Assembly: GCA_964531335.1 (NCBI GenBank)
Contig: CAZHEV010000012.1
Location: 34,866 to 98,865, forward strand
Reading direction: 5' to 3'
Length of the DNA stretch: 64,000 nucleotides
DNA from: an uncultured bacterium
Lineage (GTDB): Bacteria; Eisenbacteria; RBG-16-71-46; CAZHEV01
Shown: positions 38,783-45,056 of the stretch, piece after piece
Layout: every line of letters begins with the position of its first letter
Position numbering within the stretch: the stretch's first letter is position 1
Program-made: the position numbers and the translations under genes
Notes under the pieces: model-generated
Seen by the model: the letters and a program-made list of their open reading frames with translations, nothing else
The model's database searches: none
What the model was told of the DNA's origin: nothing

Positions 38783-41782
38783 GTGAGACTTGTCAGAGTT
38801 TTTGTCTCATCTCCGGGAGACGTCCAGGAGGAGCGCAGGGTCCTGGAAGAGGTGGTGGACTCAGTTAACGGCGACGTCGGCGAGAGGCACTCCGTCTTCC
38901 TGAAGCTCTTTCGGTGGGAGAAGGACGTCGTTCCGCGGATAGGGCCCGCTCCTCAGGAGGTAGTGGACGCCCAGGCTCCCTATTGCGACATCTTCCTTGG
39001 GATCATGTCCGGCCGGTTCGGGACTAGAACGGGCAAGTGGGGCTCCGGGACGGAGCACGAGTTTCGCCAGGCGGTAGAGAGGTGGGGGAGGAGCGATTCC
39101 CCCTGGATCCTTTTCTACTTCGACGACGAGCCGCCGACACCGAAGACGCGTGATGCGGCCATGCAGTTCGCCAAGGTTTTGGAGTTTCGCGAGGAACTCA
39201 AGAAGCTCGGGATTACGGGCAGCTACAAAGGCGTGCAGGGCGACCGTTCTTCGTTTGCCTGGCAAGCCGGCGAGCACCTGCGCCGGATCGTGCTCAATCA
39301 TCTGCCGCCAATTGAATCGGGGGAAGGCGCCGGGGCGAAAAGACCGGCGCCCGGCCACATGGTAGAGGCCGGACTCAAACCACCTGCCGTTCCAAAGGCG
39401 TACCGCGACTGGCTATGTTCCCAGTGCTCGGAGATCGGCCTCCTGGGTCTCGAGCTCAAGCAGTCCCACGCCGTAAGGCTCAGCCATGTGTACGTCCCGC
39501 TATGCACTCACGCTGTCTCCGAAAAGAAGCGCGGCGAGCGTTCCCGCCGTGAAGACGAGCGCTTCCTGACCGACATGCCCGGGCGTGAGGCCAAGCCGCG
39601 GTTGCTCCTTGATCTTCTCGGGAAGGAGTCCCTCTACGTTCCCGGGGCGCCGGGGGCGGGCAAGTCGACCTTCTGCCGGTGGGTGGCGTGGCTTGTTTGC
39701 AACGCTGACATGCCTTCCTACATAACCGAAGCCGCGGACACCCCGGAGGGCTACGCTGAGAGCTTTCCCAGCGCCTTTGGCGGGAGACTCCCGGTCCTGA
39801 TCAGGCTGCGCGAGTTCTGGGAGTACCTGCCACGCTCGCCGGGTCGATGCGAGATGACAAAGGACGAGCTGGATAGAGCAATCGGAGAGTGGTTCGAGAA
39901 CAAGACGCCCAAGGGCATCGAATGGACCGGCGGCAGCGGGCGGGCGGACCTTGCGACTCATATGGAGCAGGGCTCGGCGATCCTGATATTGGACGGGGCC
40001 GACGAGGTGCCGCTCTCCGGCGAAGAGAAAAGGCCCTGCTCTCCGCGTGCGATGCTCCTGTCGGGCCTCGCCTCGGCCGTACCGTCATGGATGAAGACCG
40101 GCAATCGGGTCCTGCTGACGAGCCGCCCCTACGGGCTGGGCACTCGGGAGTCCGAGACGCTGGGCCTTAGGCAGGCGCCCATAGTAGAGCTGGACCCTGA
40201 CCTCCAGAACCTTCTCATTATACGCTGGTTTGCGATCCTTGAAGGTGACTCCGCTACCGGCGAGGAGGTGGCCCGGGAGATGATCACGCACATACGCGGT
40301 CGCAACGACATAGATCCTCTTGCCTCAAATCCGATGCTCCTCACCGCGATGTGCGTGATATACGGCGAGGGCAAGCGCCTACCCCAGGATAAGCACGATC
40401 TCTACACGCGTATCGTCAACAACGTGCTGTACAACCGGTTCCACCGCGATCCGACGCTTATCGACCCGGTCCGCAACCGTCTCGCCGTCGTTGCGCACGG
40501 AATGCACACAGGTGAAGCTCTCGAAGAGGACAGAACAGCTCCCCAGGTGGAGGCGACGAACGAGGAGATAGACATAATCCTCCGGGACTACCAGGACAAC
40601 GTGCCGTTTACCGAGTCCGCCTTCGTGGACGCCGTCCAGGCGCGCGAGCAGCTTCTGGCCGAGTCCGGGCTGCTGCTGCCCCGCGGGGAGGGCAGGGCGG
40701 GGTTCTACCACCTCTCCTTCCAGGAGTTCCTCGCCGCACAGAGGCTCATGGAGCTGGATGCAGCACGCCTCCGGGAGGTATTCCGAGAGCGAGCGGAAAC
40801 CTCCGAGTGGAGAAACACTCTTTCGTTCCTGTTCAGCTCAAGACTGGCCGGATCGGTGTCCCCGGAGGGGAGCACCAGGTTGCTGGCGGAACTGCTGAGC
40901 GAAGTCTCCGTTGAGAAGCTCGGGCTGCACGTGGTCGTGGCGGACTGTTTTCAAATACTGCTGGGAAAGGGGATCCGGCTTCCGGAGGCTCTCGAGGAGA
41001 AGTTCCGAAAGGACTGCCTGAGCGCGATCAAGGCGGAGGTCTCCATTCCCGAAAGGGTGCATCTCGGGCTGGTGCTGGGGCAGATAGGCCACCCCAGAAT
41101 TGTGACGGATCTCAGGGACAGGGCCGCGTATGTGGAGGTGCCGCCAAAGCGGTATTTTGTGGGCGAGAAACGAAAGCGTTTTGATTTGAAAGAGAGTTTT
41201 CTGCTCTCGCGATATCCGGTGACCAACGGGCAATATGCGGTCTTCGTTGAAGAAGAGGGATACAAGGATCGGAAGTGGTGGTCTGATGAGGGATGGAAGT
41301 GGCGTGAAAGTGAAGACGTCCGCGAACCCGGCTACTGGCACGATCGTACCTGGAATGGTCCCACTCAGCCGGTCGTGGGCGTATCGTTCTACGAGGCGGA
41401 GGCGTTCGCGCGCTGGGCCGGAGGCCGTCTGCCCGCCGAGAGGGAATGGGAAGCGGCGGCACGAGGGCCGGAAGGATACGTCTATCCCTGGGGGGACGAC
41501 TGGGAGGAAGGTATCTGCAACAGCGATGAGTCCGGCGTCGGCGCCACAACGCCGGTCGGCCTCTTCCCTCGGTCTCGGTCGGCGCCGTTCGAGCTGGAGG
41601 ACATGTCGGGCAACGTGTGGGAATGGTGCTCGGATTACTATGACCCGACGGGGTCGCCCGGAGCCCGTGTTCTGCGCGGCGGTTCCTGGATCTATGGATC
41701 GAGGGGCCTGCGCGCCGCCATTCGCCTCAGGGGCGTCCCCGTCCTCCGGGTCGTCAGCATAGGATTTCGGGTTGTCTTGTGA
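38783..41782 (+). CDS. DGR target 1: NLR-like STAND NTPase (DUF4062/TIR-like N-domain, NACHT, HEAT-like linker, C-terminal FGE-type C-type-lectin fold carrying VR1)
   Basis: A 999-aa ORF starting at GTG 38783, with GGAGG upstream. The N-terminus reads VRVFVSSPGDVQEERR...CDIFLGIMSGRFG...ILFYFDD. Walker A GAPGAGKST is at 39644-39670 and Walker B ILILDGADE at 39980-40006. The FGE/SUMF1-like domain spans about 41129-41779 (YPVTNGQY...VVGVSFYEAEAFARWAGGRLPAEREWE...GNVWEWC...RGGSW...IGFRVVL). Confidence 0.93.
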   Translation: MRLVRVFVSSPGDVQEERRVLEEVVDSVNGDVGERHSVFLKLFRWEKDVVPRIGPAPQEVVDAQAPYCDIFLGIMSGRFGTRTGKWGSGTEHEFRQAVERWGRSDSPWILFYFDDEPPTPKTRDAAMQFAKVLEFREELKKLGITGSYKGVQGDRSSFAWQAGEHLRRIVLNHLPPIESGEGAGAKRPAPGHMVEAGLKPPAVPKAYRDWLCSQCSEIGLLGLELKQSHAVRLSHVYVPLCTHAVSEKKRGERSRREDERFLTDMPGREAKPRLLLDLLGKESLYVPGAPGAGKSTFCRWVAWLVCNADMPSYITEAADTPEGYAESFPSAFGGRLPVLIRLREFWEYLPRSPGRCEMTKDELDRAIGEWFENKTPKGIEWTGGSGRADLATHMEQGSAILILDGADEVPLSGEEKRPCSPRAMLLSGLASAVPSWMKTGNRVLLTSRPYGLGTRESETLGLRQAPIVELDPDLQNLLIIRWFAILEGDSATGEEVAREMITHIRGRNDIDPLASNPMLLTAMCVIYGEGKRLPQDKHDLYTRIVNNVLYNRFHRDPTLIDPVRNRLAVVAHGMHTGEALEEDRTAPQVEATNEEIDIILRDYQDNVPFTESAFVDAVQAREQLLAESGLLLPRGEGRAGFYHLSFQEFLAAQRLMELDAARLREVFRERAETSEWRNTLSFLFSSRLAGSVSPEGSTRLLAELLSEVSVEKLGLHVVVADCFQILLGKGIRLPEALEEKFRKDCLSAIKAEVSIPERVHLGLVLGQIGHPRIVTDLRDRAAYVEVPPKRYFVGEKRKRFDLKESFLLSRYPVTNGQYAVFVEEEGYKDRKWWSDEGWKWRESEDVREPGYWHDRTWNGPTQPVVGVSFYEAEAFARWAGGRLPAEREWEAAARGPEGYVYPWGDDWEEGICNSDESGVGATTPVGLFPRSRSAPFELEDMSGNVWEWCSDYYDPTGSPGARVLRGGSWIYGSRGLRAAIRLRGVPVLRVVSIGFRVVL

Positions 41783-41799
41783 ATTGGCGTCAGGACTCC
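41666..41799 (+). repeat. DGR variable repeat 1 (VR1) plus IMH-like 3' end
   Basis: Aligns to TR 43428-43561 at offset 1762. There are 19 differences, all at TR adenines (hand alignment). It includes the target 1 stop codon at 41780-41782. Confidence 0.92.
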
Positions 41800-41836
41800 G
41801 TATCAGCTTGGCCCCTTTACATTTGTCTTTCTCTGT

Positions 41837-41860
41837 GGCGTCGCGATTTGCCGTGACGCC
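41837..41860 (+). other. stem-loop downstream of VR1
   Basis: GGCGTCGCG (41837-41845) pairs with CGTGACGCC (41852-41860), giving 9 bp including one G-T pair, with a 6-nt loop. It lies about 55 nt after the target 1 stop and before avd. Confidence 0.45.
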
Positions 41861-41887
41861 GCAAGTGCTTTGCGGGACTACACAGCT

Positions 41888-42265
41888 ATGCCGGAAGCCT
41901 CCTCGGAAATGTTGTTGATTACGAAAATGTATGACTTCGTGCTGTGGAGCTGCCGGCACATCGCCAAGTTTCCGCGAAGCCACCGTTTCACTCTCGGCGA
42001 CAGGATGGAGGTCCGACTGTACGAGTTGCTCGAGCTTTTTCTGAGGGCGAAGTATTCTCGTGATCGGCTTCCAACTCTGCGGAAGGCCAACATGGAGCTG
42101 GAGCTACTTCGCTTCCAGTTTCGTCTCGCGAAGGACTTGGAGTGCCTTTCGGTGAAAAGCTACGGCTGCTCCTCACGCACTGTGAATGAAATCGGCAAGC
42201 TACTGGGCGGGTGGGTCAAGAAAGCCTCCGCGAAACCGGTGCAAACCCCAAGGCGGCAACCATGA
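41888..42265 (+). CDS. avd: DGR accessory variability determinant (Avd; four-helix-bundle / 23S rRNA IVS-protein family)
   Basis: ORF 41870-42265 (TTG); ATG 41888 or 41909 is the likely start. The sequence LLITKMYDFVLWSCRHIAKFPRSHRFTLGDRMEVRLYELLELFLRA...LELLRFQFRLAKDL matches the helical FP-(K/R)-x-x-(R/K)-(F/Y)-x-L-G-D-(Q/R) pattern of this family. Its position immediately upstream of the RT also fits. Confidence 0.85.
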   Translation: MPEASSEMLLITKMYDFVLWSCRHIAKFPRSHRFTLGDRMEVRLYELLELFLRAKYSRDRLPTLRKANMELELLRFQFRLAKDLECLSVKSYGCSSRTVNEIGKLLGGWVKKASAKPVQTPRRQP

Positions 42266-42297
42266 CTCCCTTCGCAAGCAGATGAGATGAAGGACAG

Positions 42298-43362
42298 GTG
42301 AGAAGACAAGGCGGCATCTGGGAGGAGCTCATTAGCTTCCCGAATCTTCTGCGGGCGGCCCAGAAGGCCGCCCGCGGCAAGCGGGCTCGGTCGAACGTGG
42401 CTCGGTTCCACCTGGACCTGGAAGGGCAGCTCTGTCGGCTCCAGGACGAGCTTATCGCGAAGACTTACCTTCCGGGTCAGTATCGAACCTTCGCGATACA
42501 TGAGCCGAAGGCCCGCACTATCAGCGCCGCACCGTACCGGGATCGTGTCGTCCATCACGGCCTTTGCCAAGTGCTGGAGCCGGCATTCGAACGTCGGTTC
42601 ATCTTCGACAGCTACGCGTGCCGCAAGGGAAAGGGGACTCATGCGGCGCTGGCCCGCTTCACGCAGTTCGCCAGAAGAAACCGCTACGTCCTCAAGTGCG
42701 ACGTTCGAAGGTACTTCCCGTCTATCGACCATGAGATCTTGAAGGGACAAGTCCGAAGGAGGATCAAGGACCGGGACGCCCTGTGGTTGGTCGATCTGAT
42801 CGTCGATCATTCCAATCCACAGGAACCTGTGTGCGACTGGTTTCCCGGAGACAATCTGCTCACGCCTTCAGAGCGGCGCCGTGGTCTTCCGATTGGCAAC
42901 CAGACAAGCCAGTTCTTTGCCAACGTCTATCTCGATCCGCTGGACCACTACGTCAAGGAGCGGCTGCGAGCGCGCTACTACATTCGCTACGTCGACGACT
43001 TTGTTGTCTTCGGGGATGACAAAGAGTGGCTCTCAGACGTGCGGGATCGGTGCGCGGGGTTCGCTCGCGGCCTTCGTCTGGCTCTACACGAGCGAAAGTG
43101 CGTGATATCCCGCACCTGCGATGGTACGCGATTCCTCGGTTTTCGCGTCTTCCCTACTCACAGGCTGCTCGCGCGGGAGAACGTCGCCCGGACGAGGCGG
43201 CGGCTCCGGTGGCTTGGGGGCGAGTTCGCCGCGGGTCACGTGTCGGCGGCTGATGTGAGCCGCCGCATTATGAGCTGGATAGGGCACGCTCAGCACGGAG
43301 ATACATTCCGCTTGCGCTCCAGGCTCTTCAGGGAGAATACTTTCTCACGGAAGGGCGAGTAG
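42298..43362 (+). CDS. DGR-type reverse transcriptase
   Basis: A 354-aa ORF starting at GTG. RT motifs include [50 protein letters not shown] (the [ILV]GxxxSQ variant that I recall as DGR-specific) and [12 protein letters not shown] (YxDD). Confidence 0.95.
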   Translation: MRRQGGIWEELISFPNLLRAAQKAARGKRARSNVARFHLDLEGQLCRLQDELIAKTYLPGQYRTFAIHEPKARTISAAPYRDRVVHHGLCQVLEPAFERRFIFDSYACRKGKGTHAALARFTQFARRNRYVLKCDVRRYFPSIDHEILKGQVRRRIKDRDALWLVDLIVDHSNPQEPVCDWFPGDNLLTPSERRRGLPIGNQTSQFFANVYLDPLDHYVKERLRARYYIRYVDDFVVFGDDKEWLSDVRDRCAGFARGLRLALHERKCVISRTCDGTRFLGFRVFPTHRLLARENVARTRRRLRWLGGEFAAGHVSAADVSRRIMSWIGHAQHGDTFRLRSRLFRENTFSRKGE

Positions 43363-43427
43363 GTCCTCTTAGGCGGGTGGTTCGCCGGCGGATGTCACGG
43401 TACCTTCTCGGGGGGCGGTCGTAACTT

Positions 43428-43561
43428 CGTGTTCTGCGCGGCGGTTCCTGGAACAATGAATCGAGGAACATGCGCGCCGCCATTCGCAACAGGAACAACC
43501 CCGACAACCGGAACGACAACATAGGATTTCGGGTTGTCTTGTGAATTGGCGTCAGTACTCC
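43428..43561 (+). repeat. DGR template repeat (TR) with IMH*-like 3' end
   Basis: This non-coding copy lies 66 nt downstream of the RT stop and is rich in AAC triplets. In the target frame it would read [38 protein letters not shown]. It is the adenine-bearing parent of VR1 and VR2. Confidence 0.92.
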
Positions 43562-43718
43562 ACATGGAAGCTTCGGGCATGGCAATTGCGTTGTCCAAGG
43601 AGGGCCGGAGCCGGCCGATTCACGGATCGGACGGGAGCGCCCCCGTGGGAGTCCAGACCGCCGTCCGGCGTCGGCCGCATGGCCCGGGGCCTCAGTCGGC
43701 CGGCCGAAACAACAAACC

Positions 43719-43763
43719 GTCCCGCGGGGACTGGTAGGCCCCGGCCGAAGGCCCCCGCGGGAC
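43719..43763 (+). other. strong GC-rich stem-loop downstream of the TR
   Basis: GTCCCGCGGGG (43719-43729) is the perfect reverse complement of CCCCGCGGGAC (43753-43763), across a 23-nt loop. It lies about 160 nt after the TR end and about 65 nt before the ATPase gene. Confidence 0.6.
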
Positions 43764-43826
43764 TCGTCAAGAGCATTCGTTCTAGCGCGATCTGAAGGAA
43801 GACGCCGCATGAGGAGGGCGGAAGGG

Positions 43827-45056
43827 ATGCTGAGCAAGGAAGATGAGGGTCTTCTGAAGAAGGCACTGAACGTCTTTGACCCGGCGCGTCCACTTGAGGG
43901 CGAGCTGTTGGACAGCTTCTACATTTCTAGGCCCCATGCGCCCTTGAAGGCAATGAAGGCCTATCTCCGTGCCAACCAGAGCCCCGTCAAGGTGCTTTTC
44001 TGCGGTCACAGGGGTTGCGGGAAGTCAACGGAGCTTGCGCGTCTGGCAAAGGATCTGGAAAATGAGTTCTTAATTGTCCCGGTCTCGGCCCGATCGCTCG
44101 ACCTGGCCGATCTCACCTATGTCGATGTCATCCTTGCCTCCGCGGCGGGATTGTTCCTCCAGGCAAGCTCGGTGAAAGGCGCGGCTAGGATCAAGTCAAG
44201 CGTGCTGAAAGACGTGCTGGAGTGGCTTGGGAGCGAGATCGTCCGGGAAACGACGGTGTCCGTCTTGAAGTCGGGAAATATGGGCGCGAAGCTGAGTGTT
44301 TTGATACTCAGCCTCCAAGGCAAGTACTCGAGTGAGACGACCACGCGCAAGACGGTGAGAGACCGCCTGTATCGGCAGGTAAGCGACCTCATTCAGCGCA
44401 TGGATGCCGTATGCGAAGAGCTGGAGAAGAAAGGCGTTCCGCCGCTGATACTCTTTGAAGATATAGACAAGGCGGATCTGGAGAGGGCACGAGGTCTGTT
44501 CGTAGAACATAGGAACACCATGATCAGCCCGGCATGCAGGATAATCTATACTTTTCCGATTTCATTGAGACATTCACACGAGTTTCCGGCCATTCGACGT
44601 GACTACAGCAAGGTGTTCTCTCTCCCAAACATCAGTATCAACGAGAGAAATGGTTCGATCGACGCGCGGGGGCGTGAGGCCATAGGGTCCGTGATTACAC
44701 GAAGAATCCCGGGGGAAGTCTTCGAGAAGAAGGCCTTCGATTCCATTGTGGAATTGAGCGGAGGACTTATGACGGACCTGGTTCGCCTTGTCTCGGATGC
44801 CGCCCTTATCGCCTTGACCGAAGGATCCTCGCACATTACAAATGAGATAGTGGAACGTGTCGAGGCTGAGATGGCTAACGACTACCGTAGGATTCTTGTG
44901 TCCGAGCACTATGATGCGTTGAGGCGCTCACTCAGTGAAAAAGAGTTCGTTGCCGACGATGTGACCCGCGAATTGCTGGCGAACCAAAGCCTTCTTGAAT
45001 ATCGCAATAACAAAGTGTGGTGCGACGTACACCCCATTGTTCGAGGGTTGTTGTGA
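43827..45056 (+). CDS. P-loop AAA+ ATPase (ORC/Cdc6-like or STAND-related), function unknown
   Basis: ORF 43809-45056 (ATG at 43809 or 43827). Walker A is FCGHRGCGKSTEL and Walker B is PPLILFEDIDKAD, followed by an alpha-helical C-terminal half. The stop TGA (45054-45056) overlaps the ATG of target 2 (45056). Confidence 0.85.
   Translation: MLSKEDEGLLKKALNVFDPARPLEGELLDSFYISRPHAPLKAMKAYLRANQSPVKVLFCGHRGCGKSTELARLAKDLENEFLIVPVSARSLDLADLTYVDVILASAAGLFLQASSVKGAARIKSSVLKDVLEWLGSEIVRETTVSVLKSGNMGAKLSVLILSLQGKYSSETTTRKTVRDRLYRQVSDLIQRMDAVCEELEKKGVPPLILFEDIDKADLERARGLFVEHRNTMISPACRIIYTFPISLRHSHEFPAIRRDYSKVFSLPNISINERNGSIDARGREAIGSVITRRIPGEVFEKKAFDSIVELSGGLMTDLVRLVSDAALIALTEGSSHITNEIVERVEAEMANDYRRILVSEHYDALRRSLSEKEFVADDVTRELLANQSLLEYRNNKVWCDVHPIVRGLL

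Noticed and set aside
41129-41779. The C-terminal FGE/SUMF1-like domains of both targets considered as genuine formylglycine-generating enzymes for sulfatase maturation.
   Set aside because: They are fused to NACHT NTPases, and no sulfatase gene is in the window. The segment that would hold the catalytic cysteine pair is the hypervariable VR and contains no Cys in VR1, VR2 or the TR.
40838-41983. Three minus-strand ORFs (40838-41983, 43328-43837, 47498-48763) share a conserved peptide (...DANSQDNPK...ANGGA...PGTAAQNT...). At first glance they look like a repeated gene family.
   Set aside because: The shared peptide is simply the reverse-complement translation of the VR1, TR and VR2 DNA repeats. 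The plus-strand FGE-domain reading frame explains the conservation.
42298-43362. The reverse transcriptase considered as a retron, group II intron or Abi-type RT.
   Set aside because: I saw no flanking intron RNA domains, maturase/endonuclease domains or msr/msd-like inverted repeats. The Avd-like gene, the IGNQTSQ motif and the TR/VR pairs fit a DGR.
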